64,000 bases of DNA from an uncultured bacterium (GTDB lineage Bacteria > Verrucomicrobiota > Verrucomicrobiia > Limisphaerales > UBA8199), in NCBI GenBank assembly GCA_963749495.1, contig CAVVMW010000013.1:16299-80298 (forward strand). Reading direction: 5' to 3'. The notes beneath the pieces are model-generated. The model searched no databases, had not been told where the DNA came from, and saw only the letters and a list, made by a program, of their open reading frames with translations. Shown piece after piece: positions 11,001 through 21,987 of the stretch. Position 1 is the stretch's first letter. Every line of letters begins with the position of its first letter. The position numbers and the translations under genes were made by a program.

Positions 11001-11103
11001 TGTGCGAGGCGGGTTTCGCCGGCTGGGCGAGGACCGGATCGCTGAGGACGACCCCTGCGGCGGCGCAAAGGATCAAGGGAGATACTCTGCGTTTCAATTT
11101 CAA
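8023..11103 (-). CDS. Secreted fusion of an N-terminal HExxH zinc metallopeptidase-like domain and a GH95 alpha-L-fucosidase/L-galactosidase
   Basis: VLHELAHAYH...KEFFAEMTE; then WYARPA..W.EALPVGNGRLGAM, QYGRYLLLGSSR, ANLQGIWN, NINLEMNYW, TSPEN, HRHISHL. Confidence 0.85.
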   Translation of the reverse strand: MKLKRRVSPLILCAAAGVVLSDPVLAQPAKPASHSIRRVEGWTVRVDDRLLAPPNEALGAGALRFLECKLADIKAVVAAGPLARLQTVPIVLDLSHGKLSSMQYHPSADWLEENGYSTNLVQCVHIPVAAELATPRNINEQPWVVLHELAHAYHDQVLGFEDPRILTAYERFKKSGHGDAALLFNGERVRHYGLTDHKEFFAEMTETYFGENDFFPFNRAELLSAEPEILELMQAIWGPVAGKVVTSVKDAGRTRLKPISSEQAATVLWYARPAAKWSEALPVGNGRLGAMVFGGIGSERLQLNEQTIWTGGPYDPTLPGGAKALPEIRRLVFAGKYFEAEALFAKTMMGKPDQMKYQPLGNLFLEFSGHTNATDYRRRLDLDTAIADVSYRVGEVTFQREVFASPVDQVIVVRLTADKPGTISFSAKLAGIRNTNPPGDETFSTEVLPDGQLVLRGTTASSCDIRGRVRYVGRVRVVNDGGTLATSTNAVSVEGANSALLLIVAATNFKRYDDLSGDPEKVAKESIDWVGSRTYDRLRTRHIEAHQQLFRRVSLSLPASQASTRPTDERLRAYDPHQDPQLLALMFQYGRYLLLGSSRPGCQPANLQGIWNEDMNPAWEGKFTSNINLEMNYWPAEVGALPECVEPLVRMVEELSETGRRVAAIHYGARGWVFHQNTDQWRAAAPMDGPTWGTFSVGGAWLCTHLWEHYLFTGDKGYLRRVYPLLKGSAEFFLDTLVKYPDTKWLVTCPSTSPENFPAWFGNHAYHDSYTGIDLPGTTICAGSTIDMQILRDLFAACVEAGKVLNLDAAFGKRVSRARALLAPMQVGMLGNLQEWIQDWGDLEPKHRHISHLYGVYPSAQITPRGTPELAAAAKVSLNQRGDAGTGFGMAWKAACWARLLEGEHANVCLANLVARQTCPNLFSMCFSAPQVEGAFGATAAIAEMLLQSHAGEIHLLPALPKAWAEGKVSGLRARGGFEVDIRWRDGMLVEAVVRSQEGNPCRLRFGNESRDVKIAKGETFKWTVE

Positions 11104-11154
11104 GCAACTACCCTTTTGTTGAGTGAGCTTGTTCCGAACGTCTGTTCACAGTAA

Positions 11155-12583
11155 CTAGTTTTTCTTGTAAACATCAAATTCATAAATGGACCAGTGATAC
11201 GTCGTGTTCGTGCCCGTCTGCGTCACCCGGATGTAGCGCGCAGTCTGCGCCGGGAAGGTGATCGTGGTAATGCCCAACTGACCAAAACCCGTGGCTACGG
11301 GATTTCCCCAGTCGGCGCCGTCGTTGGATACCGATACGGAATACTTGTCCGGCGAATCCCAAAGCGCCCAGGTCGTATCGAGCACGATTTTGTCAAAGGT
11401 CCGCGCTGCCTTCATATCAACCTGGAACCATTGCCCGGGATATTGGGTTCGGGTCATGTCGCGCCACCCGGTCCAATGGTCGCCATCAATGGCGTTGGCT
11501 GCGGAGACATCGATCGGGATTTTGTCGCCACTAAATGACTGCCATGGCGTTGGCCCGGTCATCCGGGGTGGCCACCTGCGAAGACATGTAATAGCCGCCC
11601 TTCCAATATCGGCTGTCGAACGTGCTCTTGATGCTCTCGAGCTTTGCATCGATGAGCGCGACGTCGGCGTCGTGTCCGGTCAGGAGAGCCATTTTTCTCA
11701 GCGTCTCCAGGCAGTCGTAGTAGAAACACGTCTCGATCACCGCCGTGTCCTTGACTTCCTTTCCCCAGTCAAACCAGGTCCCCCGGTTGCCGAATTTGTA
11801 GCTCTCGAAAAGGAAGGTCCTGGTCTGGTCATAGACGGCGCGAATGGATTCCCGATCCCCGGTCTGCAAATAGTAGAACCAGAGCCCATACCTGCCGAGG
11901 AATTCAAGGTGTTGACCGGGATAGAACCTGGGCTCCAGTTTCCGCAGGACGAGTTCGTTGCACAGTTGATGCGAGTCGGAATCGAAGAGGTAAAAGCACT
12001 GGTCCAGTTCCGGAGTTCCATCTCCCCAAAACCCGACCCGCTCGCGGTCCGGGCAATCATAGAAATGGTCCCTCATGCAGATGTAGGCGGTCCTGGCCGC
12101 CTTTTTCCAGAGGATGTTATAATCGTTGTCGTTGCACTCAAACGAGCCGGCGAACGTGGTGTCATAACCCGTCTCGCGGTACTTGGCGGCTTTTATGGTG
12201 ACGCCTGCCGGGATCGTGTAAATGGCCCCTTCACCGCTCACCCAGTTTTTCGCCTCGTAGGCCTGATTGCCGGAGCCTGTCTTGCAGGTCTCGGTTTTGG
12301 TCAGGTAGAGCACCAGTGGGTTGCTCGAGTCAAAGCGGATCACTTTGCCTTCCGGAGCGTCGGCTTCGATCCACGGTTGAAAATGGCAGTTGTAGTGGAT
12401 CGTGCAGACCAGCTTCCAGGGTTCGCTTTCCGCATGGGGCAGATCCTTCGAGAGGGAAACATAATCTCTTAGCCCGTAATCCTTGATCGCCGCCAACCCC
12501 TGTGTTGCGAACAGCGCGGCCGTCGCCAGTATGAATGCCAGTTTGTGGTGTCTCATGCCAAGGCTGGGTTGCGTGGAGTTCAT
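11155..12583 (-). pseudogene. GH78-like alpha-L-rhamnosidase with C-terminal F5/8 type C (CBM32-like) domain, broken by a deletion and frame change at ~11535
   Basis: ORF 11531-12583 has MRDHFYDCPDRERVGFWGD and DDRANAMAV; the second frame 11155-11530 has AIDGD..TGW, QYPGQWFQVDM, ARYIRVTQTG, WSIYEF. Confidence 0.7.
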
Positions 12584-12620
12584 GGTGTCCCGCTCCTTCC
12601 TTGATGCCGCGCCCATAGGT

Positions 12621-14816
12621 TTAGCGCTGCGGCTTCTCGATCAGGCTGATGATGCCAACATCAATGTACTGGCCGCCCTGAGTTTGGTGACAGTGGACGG
12701 CGAAGACGTTCTTGCCGGGTCGGAGCGCGGCGCAGCCCTCGGGCGTCAGCGGCAGTTCCTCGTAATCGGTGGTGTAGCCACCTGCCTTGCCGGCGAGCAC
12801 GCCGTTAATGTAAACCTCGACGTCCTCATCGTGGTGCACGAGCAGGTACGGGTTCTCGAGCTTCCCGGTCGGCCCGTCGAACGAGCGACGCAACCAAATG
12901 TCGTCGTTCTTCCATTCGGTCCGGACGATCGCGCCGGGTGTGCCCTTGGTGCCGAAGCCGCCCACACCCTCCTTCCAAGCCGAGTCGTCGAAGCCCGGCC
13001 GGAACCAATCGCCGGCCGGTTTTTCGATGACATAACGCCAACGGACGCCGTTCTGCTGGGACGTGGGGACGATTTCTTTGACCTCGGGCGGCGGGGGGAA
13101 TTTGCCGAGATTGGCATTGGCGGCGCGTTCCAGGTCCACCTTGACCACCTCGCGATCGTAGGTGAGCAGGCCGTTGCACTCGGTTTCGACGTCGGTGATC
13201 TGGGTGTAGATGACGGCGCCAAGACCGGGGTTGTCCTTCAGCGCCCACGCTTTGGTGAGCAGCTTGACGTAGCTGCGGGTGAGGTCTTCCTGGCTGGACA
13301 TGCCTTTATAGCCCCACGTTTGCTTGGTCCAAGTGTGACCGTCCACACCCAGGCCAAGCCCGCCGAATTCGCCCAGCACGGCGGCGCGGGTTGCCTCCGG
13401 CTTCGGCGAGCCGGGACCGGGATACTTGTGCATGTCAATCACGTCGCCGCATTTCTGATCGGTCCACCCGCTGGCGTTGTTGACGAGCCGGCTCGGGTCC
13501 ATTTTCTTCACCCAGGCCGTCAGTCGCTCGGTGTCGTACTGGCCCCAGCCTTCGTTGAACACGACCCACATGATGATCGACGGATGCGTCCAGCGGCCCT
13601 CGATCAGGTTCTTCAACTCGACCTCGAACTGTTTCTTCGCCTCGGCGTTGCCATTGCCGCCGGCGGCCATGTCCTGCCAGACCAGCAGGCCAAGCCTGTC
13701 GCACCAGTAATACCAGCGGTCCGGCTCGACCTTGACGTGTTTACGGGTGCAGTTCATGCCGAGATTCTTCGTGATCTTGACGTCAAACTTCAACGCCTCG
13801 TCCGTCGGCGCCGTGTAGATGCCATCGGGCCAAAAGCCCTGGTCCAGCGGACCGACTTGGAAGACAAACTTGCCATTGAGCATGAGGCGGTTGACCCCCG
13901 CGTCGTCTTTGGCGATGGCGATCTTACGCATGCCGAAGTAGCTGGTGACAGCATCCTGCCCCATTTTGATGCTCAAGTCATACAGGAACGGGTCGTCCGG
14001 CGACCACAAGTGGGGATTGGGGATCGGCAGCGTCAATTCCTCGCCAGGCTTGCCTCTCACGCGCGCAACCTCCTTGCCGGCTTCCAATGCCACGGCGACA
14101 ACGCTGACGGCTTCTTCGATGGGGCCATGGAAGCGCGCGTTGACTTTCACCCGCACCGTACCTTCATCCAGATCAGGCGTGATTTGGAGCGATTCGATTC
14201 CAGCCTCGGGCACCGGCTCCAGCCAAACCGTCTGCCAGATGCCCGAAGATGGGGTGTACATGATGCCGCCCGGTTTGAGCACTTGCTTGCCGTGCGGTTG
14301 CTGGCCCGCATCGGTCGGGTCGAACACTTCGACCGTCAGTTCCTGCGGGCCGGATGGCGTGAGCGCGTCAGTGATGTCGAAGCTGAACCCGTCGTAGCCG
14401 CCGCGGTGCGTGCCGAGTTCCTTGCCGTTGACAGACACTTTCGCCTCCCAATCCACTGCGCCGAAATGCAGCAGTACGCGCTGACGAGCCCATGCCTTGG
14501 GCACCTCGAAAGTACGCCGGTAGGTCAGCCGGTCGCTGTGTTTCATCACGCCCGACAGCGCCGACTCGACCGGGTACGGCACGAGGATCTTCGCGCCGGC
14601 GCCGTCGGCGAGCTTGAGGTCCCAGAGGCCGTTCAGGTTCAGCCAGTCTCGGCGGACCATTTGCATCCGTGGATATTCCGGGAGCGCGTTCCCGGGCGAG
14701 ACATCCTTGGCCCAGCGCGTCTTGAGCGGGCCGTCGCACGCCTGCCAGTCTTGGGCTTGAACGTGGTTGCCGTTGGTCAGGAGGACAATTCCGAGGATGG
14801 CGAGCTGTGCTTTCAT
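12621..14816 (-). CDS. Secreted GH2 glycoside hydrolase (beta-galactosidase-like) with C-terminal beta-sandwich
   Basis: EYPRMQMVR, LHFGAVDW, GPLDQGFWPDG, RKHVKVEP, WVVFNEGWGQ, GEFGG, YTQITDVE; start ATG 14816. Confidence 0.88.
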   Translation of the reverse strand: MKAQLAILGIVLLTNGNHVQAQDWQACDGPLKTRWAKDVSPGNALPEYPRMQMVRRDWLNLNGLWDLKLADGAGAKILVPYPVESALSGVMKHSDRLTYRRTFEVPKAWARQRVLLHFGAVDWEAKVSVNGKELGTHRGGYDGFSFDITDALTPSGPQELTVEVFDPTDAGQQPHGKQVLKPGGIMYTPSSGIWQTVWLEPVPEAGIESLQITPDLDEGTVRVKVNARFHGPIEEAVSVVAVALEAGKEVARVRGKPGEELTLPIPNPHLWSPDDPFLYDLSIKMGQDAVTSYFGMRKIAIAKDDAGVNRLMLNGKFVFQVGPLDQGFWPDGIYTAPTDEALKFDVKITKNLGMNCTRKHVKVEPDRWYYWCDRLGLLVWQDMAAGGNGNAEAKKQFEVELKNLIEGRWTHPSIIMWVVFNEGWGQYDTERLTAWVKKMDPSRLVNNASGWTDQKCGDVIDMHKYPGPGSPKPEATRAAVLGEFGGLGLGVDGHTWTKQTWGYKGMSSQEDLTRSYVKLLTKAWALKDNPGLGAVIYTQITDVETECNGLLTYDREVVKVDLERAANANLGKFPPPPEVKEIVPTSQQNGVRWRYVIEKPAGDWFRPGFDDSAWKEGVGGFGTKGTPGAIVRTEWKNDDIWLRRSFDGPTGKLENPYLLVHHDEDVEVYINGVLAGKAGGYTTDYEELPLTPEGCAALRPGKNVFAVHCHQTQGGQYIDVGIISLIEKPQR

Positions 14817-14950
14817 TTGCGTTTCCCGGCCGACAGTTTGCCGGTAGTTCGCCTGAAGAAAAGGCAAAATCAGAAAGGCTGAACGCCTCCCGCCGGCCGC
14901 CTTCTTCCTGCGTCGAGCGGTTACGTTCACAACCGTGGGGCTGTCGAATG

Positions 14951-15152
14951 AGTAGCATCCAGCCTGAGGCCGAGATTTACCCTGTTTTTACCCTTCTGAG
15001 TTCAACCCGCACGTTCCCGCCTGAACCCGCACTTCGATTTTTGCTCAGAAAACCCGCTGTTTTCCTAAGGAAAACGGGGCTTCTTCTGACTTCGGATCAG
15101 ACTGTTGGGGGTTCGAGTCCCTCCGGACGCGCCATTGATAATCAACGACTTA
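14951..15152 (+). mobile_element. att-like junction copy 1 of a tRNA-Arg-targeting integrative element
   Basis: Homologous to 45201-45402: TTTACCCT direct repeats, palindrome GTTTTCCTAAGGAAAAC, tRNA 3' half, then TTGATAATCAACGACTTA. Confidence 0.75.
15085..15134 (+). tRNA. 3' half of tRNA-Arg(TCG), fragment only
   Basis: Anticodon arm TCTGA-CT TCG GA-TCAGA, T-arm GGGGG-TTCGAGT-CCCTC, ends CGGACGCGCCA; no D-arm or 5' acceptor strand upstream. Confidence 0.85.
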
Positions 15153-15540
15153 CGAAGTAAGTCCCGATTCGATGTTTCTTCACTGTCCGGTTTCTGTCCG
15201 CTTTTTCGGGTTCTGAACTCCCCTTTTGCCTGTCTTGGGTCGGAGTGGAGAGGCAACGCCAGCGCGGCCACTCCTGGAAACGCTCGAAGACGCACGCTAC
15301 TAGGTCTTGCAGCCCAACGCGTTGGGGGTCAACTGCGACTGCTCGACCCAGAGGCCCGGCCAAAAGCGCGCGCCTGTACCTAATTTCCAACCGCGAAGGG
15401 TCGTTGCCGATTCTGATTGGCCTGTGGCGGCGCACAGCCTCGCGCCACCTCGGTATCTGATCCAGAGGGCCTGCGGAACGCGGGTATATTCAGAAGGACT
15501 TTGGCATTGCCGCAGTCATTCTCCCTGAGATAACTTGGCA

Positions 15541-16308
15541 TCATATATGCGAGCCTACCGCGCCCATAGGGAACGATTGCGCCCCGGTGATCACCGCGCC
15601 GTTGATTCCGATGGAGGCGCAGGCGCGCGTGTAGTCGGCGTAGCGCGGGTTGAGTTCTTCAGGCAGTTCATGCCATTGCCACAAGGAGCGCCCGGCATAA
15701 CCGCGCTCAATCGTTCCGTTGGGATTGTCCCAGTGGTTCATCAGCCGAAGCTGAAGCGCCGGCCGCTCGCTAATGTCGAGCCGGTCAATCGGCTGGCCGG
15801 TTTGCATCAGACGCAGAAAGTGAAACCCACCATACAGCGCACCGATTTCGCTGTTGGAGGCAATCACGGTCACCGGTTGTTTTGCCACGAGAGCAGAGCG
15901 GGTGATGAAGCCCTCGTCACCGGCTGCGCTCAAGTCGGCGTTCCATTTCAAATCTCGCACCAGTTTCGAATTCGCCGGCGTGCCGACAATGACCGTGCCG
16001 GCCTGTAAGCCGCCTTCTTTTGATGGAACCTTGCTACCCAGCATGGCCGTGGCCGCTAAACACAATTCATCCCGGATAATTCCACACGTGGCTGAAGGGC
16101 CGTCCACGCAAATTTGTCGCACCACCCGACGGTATCGTCCTGAAATCTCGCCCGGTTGCGCGTATCGAAGCCAGAGTTTGTAACCGTCTTCGTCCGGCAA
16201 CTCCAAGTGTGTTGCTGCTGCATCGGTGCCGGCCATGCAATTGCCAACGCAACGACCCGCGACGGCTGCTAGTCCTGCTGCCACAAATTCTCGCCGGGAC
16301 ATTTTCAT
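15541..16308 (-). pseudogene. aguA: GH67 alpha-glucuronidase, N-terminal third only
   Basis: Tat signal SRREF; EDGYKLWLRY, MNHWDNPNGTIERGYAG, ASIGINGAVI, then similarity ends at ~15590. Confidence 0.8.
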
Positions 16309-16376
16309 AACTCAATCAAGGTTGAAACCAATGTCGAGATTCAAGATGTGAGTCTTTGTAGGTCTTAAGTCAGGAA

Positions 16377-17870
16377 TCAGGTGGTCTGAGAAACGGGGTT
16401 CTTTCGTCGTTTGGCCAGCTCGTCGGCCATCTTGAGGGTCATTCCTTTGTTGAGCTGGTAGGCCGCAAGCAGGACTGTGCAAATGGCGAAGAGCAGACCG
16501 ACTACAATCCCGCTGGTGAAACGATAGCCGGCAATCGCGTCGGGGGCGCCGGGGACGTGGGTGTCATAATGAAAAAAGCCTTGCATAATCCAGAGGAATG
16601 AAGCCGAGCCTAGCGCGAGCCCCGATTTGAGGGCGAAGCCGATGGTGGCGAACACCATGCCGGTGAAACGGCGGCCCACGGTCCATTCCGAATAGTCCGC
16701 TACGTCGGCGAAAATGGCCCAGACCAGCGGAATGGTCGGCGCATAGCAAACGGCGATGAGGATCGTCAGCGCCAGCATGCCGACGACATTGGTTGGGGCA
16801 AGTAGATAGAACGCGAGCGTGCCCAGGCTGGCCGATCCAAACCCGACAACTGCGATCGCCTTCTTCCCGAATCGGCGCGATAGCGACGGCGAAAGGAGGA
16901 TGACCAGGATGGTAGTGGCGGTGCCGACCATGTTGATGATGCTGTTGAACACATCGGCGACGTTGGATTTGTCGCCGTGGACAAGGTAGCCGAGCGTTTC
17001 GAGGAGGCCGCCGGAAGTGCCGGTTGCGCCCGTCAGGCCGAGTTTGGCAAGGAAATCGTACATGGCGGCCTTGTCGGCGTAATGATGGTAATAGTTGTAG
17101 AGCGCGCCGCCGCGGAAGGAGAGGATGGCGAAGTGGATGAGGGTCATGATCGCCATCACCCGCCAGGGACTGTTCTTGAGCAAGTCGAGGAAATCCCGCT
17201 TGGGAGAGGCCTTCTCCTGCTGGACGGCCTGGATTCGCTCGCGTGTTGCCAGGAAGGTGATTAGAAAGAGAACCAGGCAGAGCCCGGCCCAGAGAGTCAT
17301 TGTCATCCGCCAGCCGTATTGGCGGTCGTGGCCCGCGGCGAACTTCGCCACCAACGGCAGGGTGAACCCGCCCACGACGAATTGAGCGACATTGACCGCG
17401 ACAAAGCGATAGGAATTGAGTCTTGTGCGCTCATCCAGATCGCCGGTCATGACGCCCCCGAGTGCCGAGTACGGCATGTTGTTCATGGAATAGAGGGTCA
17501 TGAGCAACCCGTTGGTGATGGCACCGTAGGCGATCATCGCGCCGAGGCTCCAGCCCCGGGGTGTCGTGTAGGCCAGAATCATCACGACCGCCCAGGGCAC
17601 GGAGGTCCAGAGCACCCACGGCCGGAACTTGCCCCACCGCGTCCGGGTGCGATCGGCGAGAATGCCCATGATGGGATCGAAAAACGCGTCCCAGAGGCGC
17701 GGCACCAAAAGGATGGCTGCGGCGGCGCTGGCGGTCAGGCCAAAAACGTCGGTATAGAAGTTCAACTGGAAAAGGATCATCGTCATGAAGACGAAGTTGG
17801 CGGCGGCATCGCCCCCGCTGTAGGCGGCCTTTTCAAGAAACGAGAGTTTTTGGTTTGGGTTATCGGACAT
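16377..17870 (-). CDS. MFS glycoside-pentoside-hexuronide (GPH):cation symporter, probable xyloside importer
   Basis: KLSFLEKAAYSGGD, WDAFFDPIMGILADRTRTRWGKFRPW, NMPYSALGGVMT, ADVADYSEW; about 12 TM segments. Confidence 0.9.
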   Translation of the reverse strand: MSDNPNQKLSFLEKAAYSGGDAAANFVFMTMILFQLNFYTDVFGLTASAAAAILLVPRLWDAFFDPIMGILADRTRTRWGKFRPWVLWTSVPWAVVMILAYTTPRGWSLGAMIAYGAITNGLLMTLYSMNNMPYSALGGVMTGDLDERTRLNSYRFVAVNVAQFVVGGFTLPLVAKFAAGHDRQYGWRMTMTLWAGLCLVLFLITFLATRERIQAVQQEKASPKRDFLDLLKNSPWRVMAIMTLIHFAILSFRGGALYNYYHHYADKAAMYDFLAKLGLTGATGTSGGLLETLGYLVHGDKSNVADVFNSIINMVGTATTILVILLSPSLSRRFGKKAIAVVGFGSASLGTLAFYLLAPTNVVGMLALTILIAVCYAPTIPLVWAIFADVADYSEWTVGRRFTGMVFATIGFALKSGLALGSASFLWIMQGFFHYDTHVPGAPDAIAGYRFTSGIVVGLLFAICTVLLAAYQLNKGMTLKMADELAKRRKNPVSQTT

Positions 17871-17882
17871 GAGGTGCCTTTT

Positions 17883-20228
17883 TTAGTCGATGACCGTGAG
17901 GATGACCTTCTGCAAATCGGCGTCACGCGAGGAATTGCCGATCAAAATCTCGAATTCGCCCGGCTCGACAACATAGTTCATGTTCACATCGTAAAAGGCG
18001 AGCGATTCGGGCGTGATCTCCAGTGCCACGGTCTGCATTTCATGTGGATTGAGCGAGACCTTTTCGAAGCCCTTTAACTCTTTGACGGGACGGGTCACGG
18101 AACTGACCCGGTCCCGAATATACATTTGCACCACCTCGGTTCCCGGACGCGGGCCGGTGTTGGTCACGTCCACGAGCACCTGGGTCGAGGCGCCGCGGCG
18201 GATGCGCTTGTTGGCAAGCCGGACGTTTTGGAGGGCAAAGGTCGTGTAACTCAGGCCGAAGCCAAAGGGATAGAGCGGCGAGACCTCGTCCCACAGGTAG
18301 CCGCGCCGAGCGGAGGGCTTGTAATTGTAGAAGACCGGCAGGTGACCCGCCGAACGAGGAATGCTGATCGGGAGTTTCCCGCCGGGATTGTGGTCGCCGA
18401 ACAGCACCTCCGCGACCGCGCGGCCACACTCCTGCCCAAGATACCAGCACTCGAAGATCACGGGAATATTCCGGGCTATAGAGTTGATGGAAAGCGGCCG
18501 GCCGTTGAACAGGAATACGATGACCGGCTTGCCCGTTTCGAGCATGGCGCGGACCAAATCCTCCTGGCAACCGGGCAAGTCCAGGTTGGCGCGGTCCCCC
18601 AAGTGCTTGAGCGACCAGGCCTCCCGCGAGGTCTGCTCGTTGCCGCCCAGCGCGAGCACGATGACCTCGGCGTTCCTGGCGACCTCCACCGCCTCGGCAA
18701 TCTGTCGGCGGTCCTCCTCGGGATGGCTGGGCACCACCTCATCCTGTTGCCAGGAGCCGCCCTGGGTAATCTTGCAGCCCTCCGCGTAGAGCACCTGGAC
18801 GCAGCCACCCACGCGGGCTTTGATGCCGTCGAGCACCGTGACAGTCTGCCGGGGCAGCCCGCTATAGCCGCCCAACAGCATCCGGTTTGCATTGGGGCCG
18901 ATCACCGCGATGGTGTTGAGCTTCGACGGGTCGAGCGGGGCCAGGTGGTTCTCGTTCTTGAGCAGGGTAATGGTCTCCCGCGCCGCCTGGAGGGCGAGTT
19001 GGCGGTGCTCGTCACAGCCGACCACCCGCTCGGCCTCCTCGGGGTCCACGTAGGGATCGTCGAACAAGCCCAGCTTGAATTTCCAGTAAAGCATCGGCGC
19101 AACCAGCTCATCCAGTTGTCTTTCCTTGAGCACATCTTTGCGGACCAATTCCACGAGGTGGAGATAACAGTCGGGTTCAGGCAATTCTATGTTGACGCCC
19201 GCCTCGACGGCGAGTTGGCAGGCTTCCTTTTTGTCCTTCGCCACGAAGTGCCCGTGGGTGTCAGGGCGGTCGCCCAATTCCCAAATTGCGTAATAATCGG
19301 AGACCACAAATCCCTTGAAACCCCATTCCTTGCGCAGCACCTCGCGTAACAGCCAGTTATTGGCGTGCGAGGGCACACCGTCAATCTCGTTGTAGGAGGC
19401 CATCACGCTGATGGCGCCGGCCTTTTGGATGGCTTCTTTGAAGGGACGCAAGAACGTCTCCCGCAACACCCGCTCGGAGACATTCGCCGGCGCGCAATTC
19501 ATTCCCGACTCCGGTTGACCGTGGGCGGCGAAGTGCTTGAGCGTAGCGATGACCCGCTTCTTGTCTCGGAACGAGCCGTCGCCCTGGAACCCCCGCACCG
19601 CAGCCATGCCGAGCTGGGTGTTCAGGTAGGGGTCCTCGCCGTAGGTCTCCTCCACCCGCCCCCAGCGTGGGTCGCGCGCCACGTCCACGACCGGTGTGAG
19701 CGCCTGGTGAGTCCCGCGCACGCGGGCTTCATTGGCGGTCATGGTGAAAAGGGCCTCTACGAGTCCAGGATTGAACGTGGCGCCCAGGCCGATGGGTTGG
19801 GAGAAATTGGTGGCGTCGCGAGCGGCATGGCCGTGCAGGCATTCCTCGTGAAAAATCACCGGAATGCCCAACCGGCTGTGCTCGAGGAAGAACTTCTGGA
19901 TGGCGTTGGTGAGTTCCGCCATGCCGCGGGCGGTCTGCCCCTTCCAGGGTTCGCTGGGCGGAGCGCCGGCGTCACTCGGCCGACCGACCTGGCCCAGGCC
20001 ATGGCCCTTTTTGAAGGCAGCTTTGGCTTTTGCCAGGTCGAATTTGCCTTGGGCGTCGAGCAGTGTTTCGCTCTTCTGTTGCCACACGCACACCATCTGG
20101 GCGGCCTTTTCCTCAAGGGTCATGCGGCGCAGCAGGTCCTTGATGCGCGCGCTGGCGGAGAGACTGCGATTTTTGTACGGTGGCGTCGCAGTTCTGTTTC
20201 TGGAATCGGTTCGGGAGCTCTTGCTCAT
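17883..20228 (-). CDS. GH3 beta-xylosidase/beta-glucosidase, no obvious signal peptide
   Basis: HEECLHG, RDPRWGRVEETYGEDP, TLKHFAAHG, GFVVSDY nucleophile, PFGFGLSYT, FnIII-like tail. Confidence 0.92.
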   Translation of the reverse strand: MSKSSRTDSRNRTATPPYKNRSLSASARIKDLLRRMTLEEKAAQMVCVWQQKSETLLDAQGKFDLAKAKAAFKKGHGLGQVGRPSDAGAPPSEPWKGQTARGMAELTNAIQKFFLEHSRLGIPVIFHEECLHGHAARDATNFSQPIGLGATFNPGLVEALFTMTANEARVRGTHQALTPVVDVARDPRWGRVEETYGEDPYLNTQLGMAAVRGFQGDGSFRDKKRVIATLKHFAAHGQPESGMNCAPANVSERVLRETFLRPFKEAIQKAGAISVMASYNEIDGVPSHANNWLLREVLRKEWGFKGFVVSDYYAIWELGDRPDTHGHFVAKDKKEACQLAVEAGVNIELPEPDCYLHLVELVRKDVLKERQLDELVAPMLYWKFKLGLFDDPYVDPEEAERVVGCDEHRQLALQAARETITLLKNENHLAPLDPSKLNTIAVIGPNANRMLLGGYSGLPRQTVTVLDGIKARVGGCVQVLYAEGCKITQGGSWQQDEVVPSHPEEDRRQIAEAVEVARNAEVIVLALGGNEQTSREAWSLKHLGDRANLDLPGCQEDLVRAMLETGKPVIVFLFNGRPLSINSIARNIPVIFECWYLGQECGRAVAEVLFGDHNPGGKLPISIPRSAGHLPVFYNYKPSARRGYLWDEVSPLYPFGFGLSYTTFALQNVRLANKRIRRGASTQVLVDVTNTGPRPGTEVVQMYIRDRVSSVTRPVKELKGFEKVSLNPHEMQTVALEITPESLAFYDVNMNYVVEPGEFEILIGNSSRDADLQKVILTVID

Positions 20229-20456
20229 GAATCGAAGGTTATAAGGTGAGTTGGTGCAAGGCGAGCCGAAATGAGTGGCGTCGGGATCAAGAAAAGGACC
20301 ACGCGGGTTCTCGTTTCGCCCGAACCGAATTCAATCTGAATCGGGGCATCTCGGAACCACTCTCCGTATCAAGGAGGCCATTCCTTTGTGGCCTGATGCC
20401 CCCCGCACATCGTGTGGCCGTTAACGATGATGTTCCGGCAGCACCGGGAATTGCGG

Positions 20457-21960
<1,504 letters not shown>

Positions 21961-21987
21961 GAACGTGGTGACTATTTCTGGGCCCGC

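Noticed and set aside
7969..11154. 1061-aa plus-strand ORF
   Set aside because: Antisense shadow of the peptidase-GH95 gene in GC-rich DNA; no motifs.
12483..14882. 799-aa plus-strand ORF (likewise 1182-2324, 18126-19349, 39970-41427, 50617-52236, 52616-54352)
   Set aside because: Antisense shadows of well-supported genes.
15040..15134. Complete tRNA-Arg genes here and at 45290-45384
   Set aside because: No 5' acceptor strand or D-arm; the upstream sequence is a palindromic att-like arm.
15230..15540. Possible further gene scraps right of att copy 1
   Set aside because: No motif convincing enough to name.
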